From assembly GCF_009914755.1 (NCBI RefSeq), contig NC_060944.1: a stretch of 64,000 nucleotides of DNA, one strand, 5' to 3'. Below, piece by piece: positions 12,875 to 27,164 of the stretch. The notes beneath the pieces are model-generated. The model was not told where the DNA came from. It worked only from the letters and a program-made list of their open reading frames with translations, and did no database searches. Position numbers and translations under genes: made by a program. The DNA comes from the human T2T-CHM13v2.0 reference genome, Homo sapiens. Within the stretch, counting starts at the first letter, position 1. Each line of letters begins with the position of its first letter.

Positions 12875-13497
12875 CAATAGTGCCCCCTTATTCTCAAGAG
12901 ATGCATTCCAAGACCACCAGTGGGTGCCTGAAAACACAGTACTAAACCCTATATAGACTGTCTCCAACTTACTATGGTTCAACTTAAGATTATTTTTGCC
13001 TTTAGGATGGTATGAAACCATTCTGTTTTTCACTTTCAGTACAGTATTGCATAAAGTAATGGGATATTCTAGACTTTTTTATAAAAGGGGCTTCAGGTTA
13101 GATGATTTTGCTCAACTGCAGGCTAACGTAAGCGTTCTGGGCATGTTCAAGGTGGGCTAGGCTAAGCTATGATGTTTGTCAGGTTAGGTGTATTAAATGG
13201 ATTTTCGATTTACAATATATTCAACTTACAATGAGTTTATAAGGATGTAATCCCATTATAAGTGGAGAAACATCTATACATACTGTTTTTTTCTATGCAC
13301 ATCTATAATAAAGTTTAATTTATAAATTAGGCACAGGAAGAGATTAACTGTTATAAAATAGAATGATTATGACAATATACTATAACAAAAGGGTATGAAT
13401 GTACTCTCTCTCTCTCTCTCTCAAAATATCTTATTGTACTGTACTCTAGGTAATGGAAACCATGAAAAGAGAAATCGTGGATAAGCAGGTGCTACCA
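12875..13497 (-). mobile_element. MER44A (Tigger7-family MITE), interrupted at 12954-13276
   Basis: TIRs caatagtgcccccttat / ataagcaggtgctacca, flanked by TA; body ttccaagaccaccagtgggtgcctgaaa and aaagtttaatttataaattaggcacag. Confidence 0.85.
12954..13276 (-). mobile_element. MER47A (Tigger5-family MITE) nested in MER44A
   Basis: TA on both sides (12952-53, 13277-78); ggctaggctaagctatgatgtt; homologous to the copy at 60263-60599. Confidence 0.88.
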
Positions 13498-13499
13498 TA

Positions 13500-13727
13500 C
13501 ACACAGTTTCTGACTTACAATGGTCTGACTTACAGTTTTTCAACTTTAAGATTAGTTTATCAGGATATAGTCCCATCAAAAGTCAAGAAGCATCTGGATT
13601 ATGATGGTTCAATTTATGTATTTTTAAGATGGGTTTATAGGAGTATTAAATACATTTTTGACTTGTGATGTTTTTGACTTACAATGGTTTCATCAGTATG
13701 CAATTTTAATGTAAGTCAGAGTATCTG
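13500..13727 (-). mobile_element. MER47-family (B/C-like) MITE abutting MER44A
   Basis: Repeated gacttacaatgg units and two ..gcatctg/gtatctg TIR-like ends (13596, 13727). Confidence 0.75.
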
Positions 13728-14019
13728 CTATTATCTAATATACAATACAATCCAAGTCAAATTCTGTCCATTTTCAAAATAATGTCTTTTGTAGCTATTA
13801 TTTTCAGTCTAGGACACAATTCAATTTTATGTATTGCATTTAGTTTTTAATGTTGTTTAGTATTCTTTAATGCAAACAGTTCCTCAGCTATCTTTGTTTT
13901 GTATGTCATTAATATTTGAAAAATATATGAAGATTAATCTATACAAGCATATTCCTGTGTGTTTCTTAACAATTAGATGCAGGTTATATTATTTTGATAG
14001 GAATACTACAGAAGCTTGA

Positions 14020-14490
14020 GACAATAACTATTTCTTTAGTTCATAACATGGGTTGGCAATTTGGACTAGGCTCAGCCAGGCGCCTCTGTCCTGTCTGGCC
14101 TCACTCATGTTTCTGCCACCATTTGACCAGGAGGCTGAGATTGACTGATTTAGGATGGCCACAGCTGAGATGGCTTGTATCTTCTCCAAATGGTCACTCA
14201 TCCTCCATAGGCTGGTCTGAGTTTGCTCACATGGCAGCTGGCCAGGGTTTCAAGATAATAAGTGGGAACATGAAAGAGCCTTGAGACCCGGGCTTGGAAG
14301 CCGCACAACCTCATTTCCATCACAATGTACTTGTCGTAGCAAATTATAAGACCAAGCAACATTGAAGGGGTGGGAAATTCAACTCCATGTTTTGATGGTA
14401 GGAGCTGCAAAGTCATATTTCAAAGCATGTGAATTTAGGGCATGGAGGAGAATTATGGCTATTTATGCAATCACAGATAGCTATCACCAT
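14020..14490 (-). mobile_element. MLT1 (G/H type) solo LTR
   Basis: ggttggcaatttggactaggctcagc...ttgatggtaggagctgcaaagtcatatt. Confidence 0.75.
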
Positions 14491-14713
14491 CCACAGTTTA
14501 TAGTAGTTTTTAGCAGTGTTCATTATCAAAAGGAAGTCATAGCATATGGCTTGCCATTCCCATCAGCAGCCTCTTTGAATTTGCTATCTGAAAATACCAG
14601 GTGTAAAACCCTGCTGGTTGAGAAGGGTTCAGTGTAGACTAACTCTACTTAAGGGCCAAAAACAGCTTAGTATATTGTTACCAACTTGACTGTGATTTCC
14701 TCCATACATATAG

Positions 14714-15085
<372 letters not shown>

Positions 15086-15914
15086 GGATCTATTATTTTA
15101 AGTAATCAAGGGTTATATGTCACATTGTGTCTTGTCATATTACATGAAAGGGCTTTGTTGAGTCAAGGCAAAAAGAAAGAATGATGGTTTTTCAGACTTT
15201 ATAAAACACTGCGACAGACATCAGAAAATAACAGACCCAAGACTCCCAGAGGATGACTGGGGAAAGCCAGCACTGTATTTTCACAAAAGTGCCACATGAA
15301 AAAACCAAGACACACTCTTCTGGAGCTCCACAGGGTCATGCCAGATGCATGATCGAATAGAGATTGTGGAAAGTGTACATTCTGGAGGGAAGAGCATTCC
15401 AACCTCAGAGCAGAAAGTAAGACCCCAAGCTGGTAGGTCACAGAGCAAACTTAGGGGATGCAGCCAAGTGGGGACATCTTTGGACAGTCATGACCTGAAG
15501 GTGATGGGCTAAAAAGAAAAATGTCAACAGGATTTAACATCTCTGCCTTCGGAGTTTTGATATGGTAGCTATCATCAAAAAGTTCCACAAAACAAAGTGG
15601 GAATACTTCTTCTCCAGGATTAAAGAAGTTAAGTTTTGTGTGGAAGCACCCAAAATTGGCATAGTGCAATAACACATAAACGGTGACTGTTTCTCTCCCT
15701 AAACAAAAATGGACAGAAGTGATATATCAGATATATGTAGAGAGAGAGTTTAAATAAAATTTTGTTAACTTTAGTACTATTTTTGCATGCTTTAGTGAAC
15801 ATACCTCAAGCATCTGCACACTTTTATTTCAGAATGTCATGTGGCTTTAATTTCTTAGCAGGATCTTGAATAATCTTTAGGCTTGAGAACACAGGAAGTA
15901 ATTTATAATGATAT

Positions 15915-16030
15915 GGCATTTAGATCATGTTCATGCATTTAAGTGCCTTAATTTTATTGGTAAAATCTGTCAATGAAAGAGTAATAGTTGCTGCATATTT
16001 AGACTTTTCAAGAGATTTCCATCTTTTTTA
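15915..16030 (+). mobile_element. L3/CR1 reverse-transcriptase relic
   Basis: ORF 15927-16283 contains VKSVNERVIVAAYLDFSRDF, resembling the CR1 RT motif LVDxGxAVDxVYLDFSKAFD; short and diverged. Confidence 0.4.
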
Positions 16031-17169
16031 CTTGACACATCTTATACTTTATATAATTTTAAATATTCACAAATCTACAACAATCAAGATCTTATTAGTA
16101 ATAATTAAAACACGATGTGGTAAAGGGAGCTCCCTAAGTAATTTGGGGCCCCAGTTTTCTAAATTAAAGCATCTTATGGTTCAAATTTTAAAGAATAAAA
16201 TTTCCACCCAGGAAAGTAATACTGCCACCGTGGCCAAAGATATTTTTCTTATCTCCACAAAGCAATTAATTCAGCTGAAATAAGAGAAAATGATCTTTAG
16301 AAAACACCCATTTTATCATGTTACTGAACTAATTATAACTGTTCAGGAATTCTCAGTAATTTTCACAAGACTCTGACTGTTGACCCTCAAGTTCTGCCAA
16401 AATTTTTTATACAGGAAAAATAGTGGTAGTAACCTAGTCATTAATCTTATCTCTCTGGATACTTACTTATCTCTCTTTATTTCACTTATTTATTATGGTA
16501 AATATCAACTCATTTTTCAGATGAGAAAGCAGTTGAGGGATCACTGAAAGTTAAAAATCGTCAACGATACAGGGAAAAATAAGATAGAACATCTTGATTT
16601 CTGTCTCAGCGGATTAAACAAAATGCTCCTTTTAAGAAGTGATCTTTCCATATAAGACTTGTGCTTCAGCCACAACAGGAAGCCTCGTTTGGGCACTGAA
16701 TTGTACTCTACAAAGTCCTGGGCTGACCCATTAGCACACATTACTTTTGACATTCAACTAATGCAATGTCAATTTAACTAAACAAGTAAACTTGTTCTGA
16801 TGGACATAAAAAACAGAAGCAAATGGAACCATAAAATACACTTGATGTGACAGTCCTTCCTCATCTACCGTCAGGGTACTTTATTTAGTTGAATAACTGG
16901 AGTTGACTGGGTTATCACGCAATTATTTTCTTATTTATTCCTTTTGAGCCCAGCTTAACTGTGGCAGAAGTTCTTCCATTTAACAAATGAGTCTTCATAC
17001 TAGTTTACATATTACTGTAGACATTGGAATTATAATAATGAATTGGGCTAAATCTCTCCTCAAGAAGTTTAATTCGAAAAGAAATGTAGGCACCAAATTT
17101 TATTATCACGTGGTAGATGAATTAACAAAAGCAGACACAGGGTGTTTTAAGAGACCAGAAGAAAGCAGC

Positions 17170-17380
17170 TTATCTTAGGCTAGGAGGTCAGGAAGGGCTT
17201 CAGTTCATTCTTAAAGGTATGTGGGATTGATTCAGGAAGAACAAAGAGAAAAATTCAGATGAGGTAACATGAGAATGTCATGGCATGAGAGTTGGGAGGG
17301 GGTAATTATAAGTGGGTTTTTTTAAAGCAGACCATAAGCTCAGGTCAAGAAGTGGTGGGAGATGGAGGCAGAGAGATGAT
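17170..17380 (-). mobile_element. L2 LINE fragment
   Basis: ggaggtcaggaagggcttc...gtggtgggagatggaggcaga, the purine-rich antisense L2 pattern. Confidence 0.5.
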
Positions 17381-19514
17381 TTTATCTTGTTCCTCGGTAC
17401 AACTGAAGATGTAGTAATTTTATTTAGAGTCTTTTCAGTTACTCTAACCTGCCTGGGTTTCTCCTAATTCTTTTACATTCTTTTCTAATTCCTTTACCAG
17501 GGTTTGTTATAAGCTCTCCAGTGGTGCAGGGGTCTTAGTACAAGAGCTTTCTGGATCTTTTCTCCTTTTCCACAATGTCCTTTTCTTGCCAGAGGAATTT
17601 GGTTTTTTGAGCCTAGCCCAGCCCAGGAGCCTGGCTTTATTCAGGGAAAGCCTTCCTAATGCTATTACCTAAATGTGGCCAAATTGTTCCTATATAACTA
17701 ACTGTTCCTGCAGTAATTGACATAATTGTTCTCTGCACCCAGCCAGGTGAAACTCCAGCTTTTAATGATAAATTTGTGGAAAAAAAAAGTTAAGGTATAT
17801 ACACAGATATTTACGTCACACCTCCCACCTTTGCCCCACTTCTTTTTCCACTCTGTTGGCAGCCTCAGAAATTTCAGTGCAAAGACAGTCATTGAAATGT
17901 TATTAATTATTATGAAAAATTAGAAATGAGAGAATGGTTGAATATATTATAGTAAGTTCATATTTGTAAACTCATGTTTAAAAACTTTTAAATGAAGTTT
18001 TCTAATATTGTACAAAGATATGAAAACTTCCTACGATGTATATTTAATTGAATGAATTGAATTGAATTAAATACATGTCTTTGCTTTAATTTTTAATTTT
18101 CAAAAATATTGCAACACTTGAGAAAGTTACAGGGAATAATCTAATGAACACTCAGAGAATCTGAAGGATGTGGTCCGTGTTGAGTCTGTGACTTGGCCAA
18201 GAATTTTGGAAGCATCGCCTTAGAATCCAGGACTCCTTATTTCAAGCCTAAGTTTGCCTTCTACACTGTTTCCTCCCTTTCCATGATAAACGTTTTATCA
18301 GACTATCTCTTTTCCTTACTTCTCTTAGAGCAGCTAGAGGTAGAAGAGGAAATTGCTTCAAATTCACCCTCTGGTCATAAATTATATCTCCCATATTTTA
18401 TGGCAGGACAATTGTTTCAAGTTTTCTTCTATTCTTAAGCCAAAGTTGCAATATGTTTCAGAGATTTACCAGAATTTAGATTTTAATATAGAATAAGTGA
18501 ATATATAAGTAAATCAACATATAAATAATATTTTAGATTTTTGTAAAATGTCACTAGGTCTGTAATACAGTGACATCAATCAAAATAAAACAAAAGTCAG
18601 TTTAAGAATGTTCTTCATTGTCCCCACCTTCAAAAAGCCTGGGTGTGCTAATGTAATTAATTGAAATTATAGGTTTAATAACTGCAGTGAGTTTTTTGCC
18701 ATTCAACATTGAAGCCAATAACAATTTAATTTGGCTTTACATTGAAGATCAACACATTCTTTGACCATTTTCCTAAGAATAGCTTCTTTGGGCTATACAT
18801 TTTGGAAACTAACAAGTGATTTTTAGGCCTGGAAATTCACTGGTGGATGAGAGAGACACCTCACAGAAGGTAGCTGGAGTTGGGATCTTGATTTCCTTTG
18901 AACGGAGGTGGATAGAAGCATACAGGCTCAGTGTTCTTTATTTAAAGAAATTGCTTCTGCTGGCAGTGTCCAATCTTGGCACCAATTCAGGTCACTCTTA
19001 GCTGGGGGCCAGTTCATTCCTCCCTCAGTACTTCCCCTGTTCTAAAATCGTTTCCTCAAATGACCCTGATCCTCAGCACTCACTGACTCTCTGAAGTTGA
19101 GGACTGGAAGAAATGACAATCATCCAACCAAAGCGTCTCAATGTATTTCTAGTTGAGCCTTTAATAAACATGCATGACATGCCACTTTTCTATCTTAAAA
19201 TTCTGCTAGGGTACCCTACCCTTGTCAGAAAAGTAAGTTCTTCTGACCACTAACATTCAGAAATTTTTTTCTATCTACATGTTTTTTTTTCCTACCTCAT
19301 GTCAGAAATTCTGATATGCATATCTCCCTCCCAAATGGTATGCTATTATTATTAATTGACAGTCATTGATTTAATCTAATCATCCAACTTTACAGGTAAA
19401 AAGTTTGTAATTTCCACAAGATTAAAGAACTCATGAAAGGTACAGAGTGAAACCTGAGTTTTCTTATTCCCAAACTGGAACTCTAGAATAGAGCCGTGTT
19501 GAGAATTCAGGCCT

Positions 19515-19570
19515 CACTGCTTCCTGTTCAGTTTCTCCATGCCATTGCTTCCTGTTCAGTTTCTCCATGT
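19515..19570. repeat. 28-bp tandem duplication
   Basis: cactgcttcctgttcagtttctccatgc / cattgcttcctgttcagtttctccatgt. Confidence 0.92.
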
Positions 19571-20697
19571 TGTCCTTGAATATTGCCTCCAACTTTTATA
19601 TCCTAACCACCCCAGAACTGCCATCCCACCACCAAGACCTTACAATAGTGACTGCAGAAGCCAATCAAGTTTCTGTAATGAGTTTACAGACTAGGACACA
19701 GTAACAGATTGTGCAACTCACCAGTGGTTAGATCCTGTCATAGTAAGTATCCATTTACTGAATACCTTTCATGTTTTAGGCCAGTGCCTGGAAATATAGA
19801 TAGAAATACAATACATAGTTCCTGGAAATAAAGACAGATATAAAAGCTAGCAGTTAAAAGTATTATTTGCAAAAGATTTCCCAACCTTTGCCATTTTTTT
19901 TTTGTATGATGACACAGAAAGTAAAGCCATTGTTTTCTTCTTCTGTGTTCCTAATTTCTATAACGTGGGTGAAAGCAGCAACGTGTAATAGGTTAAACAG
20001 TAAACTAGTTGTTCTAGCTAATTCTCAGCTTTGGCATGTCTCCTCATTCATAAAATGAGAGAGTTGAGGCAATTAATCACAAAGATCCTCATCAACTGTA
20101 ACATTCTATGATGTTCTTTTATCCAAATTCTTATTGACTTGATGGAAATGCTTGTCATTTTCCTATAATATGCCCCTGTTAACCAATGGGTCATTATAAA
20201 ATGACTCATGAAACTAGAGATTTGTTTGTATTGAGGGTCAATTTATAATACCCACACATAGTAAATTTCTCACTATAATGCAAAAGACATGTAGCATATG
20301 TATGAAATAAGTGATACTAGCTATTTCTAGAGGTGACTCTACCCTATTCTGACACTTTTAAAGCACGTGTTTCCATTATTTAGCCAAAGATTACCAGGGA
20401 AATTTCTCATGGTCAAGCCTATTCTACAGATAAAGAAAGTGGTAGATTTCTGTCCAAAGTCCTAAGAGCCCAGCTCACACATCTCCCTGCCTAATAACAT
20501 AGCCTCCCATTGCCTCCAAACAAGCCAGCTAACGATCACTAACCAAGATGGTACATCTAGTGATAACTATGGTCTGTATAATAAACCAGACTTCCTTTTC
20601 AAAATAAGCATTTCGTCTCATATAAATAACCTTACTAGGATTGAATGAAGGCAAATAAACTTGGCATCCATTTAAAATGGAAAATATGGTCACCAAC

Positions 20698-21378
20698 TGT
20701 GATAGGCAACCTCTATGATAGCCATCAATGATCCCTTGTACCTCCTAGCATCCATGCCCATGTGTAATCCCCTCTCCTTGAGCGTAGGCTGGACTTCTTT
20801 ACTCACTTCTAATGAAGGGAATACAGTACAAGTGATGAATTGTACTTCAGATATTAGGTTACAAAAAGAACGTGGCTTCTGCCACATCAAGGCCTGCGTT
20901 CTCCCTATCTCTGAGTCTCTGTCTCTGTCTCTCTTTGTCTTTCTGTATCTCTGTCTCTCTCTCTCTCTATCTGTGTGTGTGTGTGTGTGTGTGTGTGTCT
21001 GTGTGTGTGTGTGTGTGTCTGTGTGTATGTCAGAGGGAGGGTCTTGGAATACCTGTTCTGGGAGAAGCAAACTGTCATTTTGTGAGTGGCCTATTGAGAG
21101 GCCAGTGTGTCAAGGAGCTGATAACTCCAGCAACAGCTAACAAGGCCTCCCAGCCTGCCAACAGCCATGTGAGTGATCTTGGAAGCAGATCGTCCCCCAC
21201 TCGAGCCTTCCGATGACTGCATCCCCAGAAAGGACCTTGACTGCAGCATCTTACAGACTCCAAGCCAGAGGCACCCTGCTAAGCTGCACCTGGATTCCTG
21301 ATCCTGTGAGATAATAAACTTTTTTCTTAGCTGCTAATCTGAGGGTAATTTGTTATGCAGCAATACATAACTAAATTC
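20698..21378 (+). mobile_element. MLT1F-type solo LTR with internal microsatellite
   Basis: Starts tgtgataggcaacctctatgatagcc; ends gtaatttgttatgcagcaatacataactaa. Confidence 0.85.
20905..21030. repeat. (CT)n-(GT)n compound microsatellite
   Basis: Seen directly. Confidence 0.95.
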
Positions 21379-23888
21379 CAACAAAGTAATTTTGACACCC
21401 CAAGTGTACTCAGTCTTCTAATCTAAGGGAAACTCATAGTTCATGCTCTCATATTTGCTGTCATTTTTTCAGCAACGACAGAGCTTTATGAATGGATCAC
21501 AGCTGTCCCAATGTAATTCTCCAAGAGGAAACCCTGGCACCATCTGCCAGCAGGGAATCAGCCAGCCCATTGTTAACGACAATAACAGAAATTCTATCTA
21601 AAGTATTTTCACTTCCTCACACTCATGTTCAAGCAGAGCTTCTGAACTTTCCTTTTGGCAAACATGTCTCCTACTGCATCTTTAGTCAAACAATTGCATT
21701 TTCTAGCCCTTTGCCTGGGGACATTCCTTGCTATGCCAGCTGCCCAGTGCTCTTCCAAAGTCAGTGCCCACTCAGGGGAAATGCCACACGTTTTCATTTC
21801 AGGTTCATGTGGATACCCATTTGAATGCATACCTGTGTTTTAAACTTTCTTGGCGTGAAATAAATTTAGGCTTTTACATTTGTCTTGTAAAAGGAGGACG
21901 GTCTAAGATATTCGCCTTATTCCTTTAGTTTGTTCCTGGCTTCTAAAGTGGCATCCACGTGCATAAAAATGCAACTTATTTCATCATTTGTCAGCATTTC
22001 CAAAACAGAGAAATACCACTTTCCTTGTAAAAGTTATATTTAAATATAATAAAATTATTTTTCAGGAAGGCAACACCACAAGGACTCAAAAGAGACAAAT
22101 CTATATGCTCAGAGCATGGTCACTGAATTAGAGCTTTGGAAGAATTAGAAAAAAAATTGAAATTTTATCAGGAGGAGAAGTGTGCTTTTAACTATCTAAA
22201 TAGTCTACTAGACATAAAAGTATATATTGCCGTATCTAATAAGCCATTACACTCACCAATAAGCATTGATGGTCATCTGTTCAGGTTGGGTAGACAGGTA
22301 CCAAGTGGTAAAAGTGTTTAAGAAGAAGTTCATGTGTGAAAATACGAACACTGAGGGCTCGGACTCAGACAAGTGGGAGAAACGACCTACCTGCACTGAA
22401 GATGTAAATTTAATGATGGAGTGAAGGATGACTATTTTGCTTATTCATCTAATTTTACCTAACCTGGACTGATGTTAACTCAATTTTTTTTTATATTCTG
22501 TATTTCATGTTATTTAAATAAAAATATCATGTTTTCCATTGTCTGCAATCTATTGGTCTGACCAAAAGTAGAGAGCACATTAAAAATATAGCAGGATTAA
22601 ACTCTATGAGAGCAGAATAATATTATTGCTACTTGAGTGGTAATCTAATCATAATGGCAGTAATGGTTCCCAAGAATCCAAACAAGACATTACAGGAAAA
22701 AATCAAGGCCCACCTCCATAGGCACTGACTTGTTAATGCAGCTTTCCCAGATGAGGATATGTCTGCATGTTGTGATAGAGTCTTAAGAGAGAATCAGGAA
22801 CTTATACAAATAAAATTGTATTTGATGAACCTACCATTTCTAAAATTAGAACAAATGTATTTAAATCCTCCAATCACTCTCCAGAATTATGATGATGAGC
22901 TATAAGAGATCAGTACATTTTTCTTACCCATTTTGCCTTCTTTGTCAATTTGAGGAGTGATGGTAGGAAGGTGTGTATGGCTAAAGAGAGGCCCACATGG
23001 CCATGCCAGCCAGGGTGGCCTTGAGTGAATTTAGTGGGAAAAGAAGTTGTAAGGTCATAGGTAGATCATAATTCCATTTTTCTTATTATCAATGCTACGT
23101 ATTGGATATTACAAATTTCTTGAGTTAGGAAGATTTTATATTCCTCCCTCAAATACATTTTGATTCTAAATAATTAGCTTAAATCAAGTCAGCCTGATAG
23201 AGAGAGTACTGAATTCCGAATCTGGAGAACAGAGGTTTCTGTCTCAGCCCTGTTCCTTATGGTAGGCCACACTGTGTTTCTACACATCAACATGCAATGT
23301 GAAAGGTAAGAATCTTAAATATTTATTTATGTATCTCAAAAGGTTGATGTGAAGATTAATATTGCAAGTGGAAAATCAGAAGCTATTGATTATATGATTA
23401 TATTATTATTACTTCTGCTAAGATATTTGAAACTGATCATTTTCCATAATGCAAAGTAATGACACAATATCACCATAAATGTTTATGTGAGACCTAAATG
23501 AGTAACAACAGAACTAGGGTGTGTTGATGCCTCTAGTTCTTACTTTTTTTCAGAGACTCTTAATTTATTTCAAATTGTACACCAGTCTGATTTATATCCA
23601 GACAAGCCCATTTCAGTTTGGGGGCTCAGGAAGGCTCTTTGCAACACCCCATTCTCACATGTAACTTCTACTTTTTCTCATTGCCTAATAAAAATCTCAG
23701 TAATGGCTTTCATTCCACAGTGTGCACTAGATTTAAAAAACTATTGCCCTCCCCACCCCTGCCAGGTAAGATAATGCAATGTCTTCAATCCACTAGAAGT
23801 TAGGAGTGACTGATTGCTGCTGCTTGGCTGAGAGCTTTGGTGGTAGGTGGGGAAAGAACAAGACACCAGGAGTCTGGAGAATCACCCA

Positions 23889-24249
23889 TGTATTAGTCTC
23901 TCCTCATACTGCTATAAAGAACTGCCAGAGAGTTGGTAATTTACACAGAAAAGATGTCTAATTGACTCACAGTTCCACATGTCTGGGGAGGCCTCAGGAA
24001 ACTTAGAATCATGGCAGAAGGGAAAGCAGGCACATCTTACATGGTGGCAGGAGAGAGAACATGTGAAGGAGGAACTGCCAAACACTTATAAAACAACCAG
24101 GCCTCATGAGAACCATTTGCTATTATGAGAACAGCATGGGGGTAATCACCCCCATGATCCAATCACCTCCCACCAGGTCCTTCCCTTGACATCTGGGGAT
24201 TACAATTCAAGATGAGACTTGGGTGGGGACACAGAGTGAAACCATATCA
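23889..24249 (-). mobile_element. THE1D/MST-type solo LTR
   Basis: tgtattagtc...aaaccatatca termini; perfect 5-bp TSD ACCCA (23884-23888, 24250-24254). Confidence 0.93.
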
Positions 24250-24564
24250 ACCCACATGTGAAGAGTGAGGATTCAGTAGGGTTAATGAAAAAGTTGTGGT
24301 TATTTTACCCATGAATGTCTCCCTTCAGTAAAATTAGAATTTGACAGCAGATCTTCTCTTAGAACTGTTAATATCTTTTTATTTTAAGGTCTAAGAGAGA
24401 AAAAAAGACAAATTCCAAATATATCATGCTATGGGTTTTTGGATAAAGCAAGTTTGATTCAAAAGGCTAAGTACTAGGAGTCCATTTATGTAGAATTCCA
24501 GCAAATACTGAAGGACCATAAAAGCAAATATTAACTTCAGAGAACTAAAATAATTAGAATAGTT

Positions 24565-24725
24565 TATGTATACATATATGCACACATGTGCTATATTATA
24601 TACATATGCTACATATATACACATTTGCTCCATATATACACAGATATGCTACATATATGTAGCACATATGCCACATGTATATGTATGTAGCATATGTGTA
24701 TATATACATATATACACATATGCTT
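24565..24725. repeat. TA-rich low-complexity repeat built on ATATGCTACAT units
   Basis: Seen directly; a related tract lies at 25085-25165. Confidence 0.85.
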
Positions 24726-24777
24726 TCAACATTAATCTTCATATCAACCTTTTGAGATACATAGACAATTATTTAAG

Positions 24778-25039
<262 letters not shown>

Positions 25040-26584
25040 GACAAATATTTAAGATTTTTACCATTCACATTGCATGTTGGTGTTTATATATATGTAGCAT
25101 ATGTGTATATATGTAGCATATGTATATTTATACATCTATATATACATATATATAAATATATATTTAAATTGGATCAGCAGTTAAGAGTCCAGATTCCAGG
25201 AGATCAGATGTTCAGTCTGCCCTTGTAAGCGCAGTCCAATTGGATGCTAGTGTGTAAGATAAACCATCTTCTTTGCCCTGCATAGGGCCCCAGAAGTTTA
25301 TTGTAGTGGAAAGGACACTGGGGACATGAGATAAATCCTCTCACTAATAGAGGCAAACATTTGTAAGTAAGATTGCAACTAATCTTCTCTCGCTCCAGCC
25401 TTGCATGATGGAAAACTTTGAGTGAAGATATGAACAAAAACAATGGGTTGCGTTAATCCTTTTCAACCTGGGAAAAGGCATCCACACCTGTCAATTTGGG
25501 GTGGTTGCCCAGGAGGGAACTGTGGGAATACAGCCATGGGAGAATTAGAGCTGAGTTGCCAGGCAGGCCAGATAATTCCTTCTTTAACAGCTTGAAGCCC
25601 GGGAGTCACATTTCCTACTTACAAAAAGCTTTCCAGGACGTAACCAAATCTGCGGTTTCCCAGGAGGTCTTGGCTTGTCTCACCAACAGCCCATGTCCTT
25701 GGAAGACACAAGCTTTTGTTGTTTTGGGGGAAATTTGGGTTGTGAGTGTGCTCAACACACCCCTGGCAGAGCCTGGATGAGAGAAAGAGGCTCATCTTTC
25801 AAGTCCTCTGCCACTCCCTTTGAAACAGGGCTGTTTTTAAAGGGCCTCGAGACTTACTTCCTGGCTGCGACTTCAAAGCACAGATGAATGCTTGATTTAG
25901 AGCTCCGGGGCCTCCATGTCTATTATTATTATTGTAAAATACGAACAAGTCAGCCACGTGTTTATAAACGTCCCATGACAGCAAACTCACTGGCTAGAGG
26001 ATGCAACATTAGGCTGTGTCTGCACCAGAGGTAGGGAGGCTTTGCCAAGGGGGGCAAGCCCAAGTAAGGTTCGTTAAATGCCATGAAAAAAAAATGCTTC
26101 TGGAGCACAAGGCGCAGGAGCATTTCCTCATTTTTGGTGAGCATTGTGTTCGTTTATTAAGAAATGGTCACTGACAGCAATACTGTCTGCCATGTTCACA
26201 TATTCTGAGAATGCAGAACAAACTTGTGACTCAGAGGGCTGAGAGAAAGCTGTAAGGAGTTGGGGAAGGGAGCTCAACATTACTGTTATAATTGAACTAA
26301 GGGCTCAGGCCTTTATCAGCCCACCAGGCTATCAGACGGCGGGGTAATGTGACTGTAAGTCTTTGCCTACGAATGAGTTCAGTGCATTTCCTGAAAGTAA
26401 GTGAAAATTGAATTTATTGGTTTACTTTCTGTTTTCTTGGCAGGTGAGATAGAACAGGTATAAACTCATATTAGTATAAACTAATGAGCAAAAAAATAAA
26501 AAAGAAAAGAAAGAAACAGCAATCAAAAGCAACAGAACACAAAGTAAAGAAAAAGATAAATACAGAAAAAAATGAACAAAGGGG

Positions 26585-26995
26585 TGTCTTGGTTCAGGTT
26601 CCTTAGAAGCAGGGCTTAAAACAAGAACTCAGGTGTGCATGATATATTGAGGGAGGACTCGTAGAAGAAGAGAAGAGAGAAACAGGAAGAGGTAGGGGTG
26701 TAGACTGAGATGGAATCTAGCCTTAGCCTGATGCAGTGGTAAGCTCTGGAGCATGACCTGAACAAGAGTTGGTGTTAATTTGAGGCAAGAAGACTGTCCT
26801 TTCATACTTCAGTGTTAGTTGAGCTTCCTGGATGGGGGTTAAGGGAGAATAGCCCTCAGGCTGATGGCTCTTGCTGAAAGCAGTTCTCTGAGGAGGGAGC
26901 GGCTGTGAGCCATTAGCAGCCCACTTACAGCAGCAAGGCAGATGGGTCTGCAAGCCAGCAAAGAATATCTACAAGACACCAACAGTATCCACTCC
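26585..26995 (-). mobile_element. LTR16-type ERVL solo LTR
   Basis: tgtcttggttcaggttccttagaagcag...agcctgatgcagtggtaagctctggagcatga; similar to 34905-35310. Confidence 0.65.
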
Positions 26996-27164
26996 AGGGG
27001 CCTATTGGAGTGATAGCCAGAAATCATCCTCCTTGCCAAGAACCACTCTGCATCTCTCACTCCTTCATTATCTACGTGTGGGATAGATTAATGTGGCCTA
27101 AAGCAATGGGCTCTGAAACATTGGTCCCTTGGAAGGTTTGGAATTGCATTTAAAAATTCCCATC

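Larger units (their letters stand above)
12530..14015 (-). mobile_element. L1MC4/5-type 3' fragment split by DNA transposons
   Basis: ...ttcttacataaccac...aaatttaatattgatggaata (to 12874) resumes at 13728 as ctattatctaat..., as in the L1MC 3'UTR. Confidence 0.7.

Noticed and set aside
13500-13727. Spaced gacttacaatgg repeats as a CRISPR-like array
   Set aside because: Eukaryotic DNA, irregular spacing, and explained by MER47 subterminal repeats.
20690-21216. Overlapping 114-141 aa ORFs on both strands
   Set aside because: They stay open only because the (CT)n(GT)n tract in MLT1F has no stop codons.
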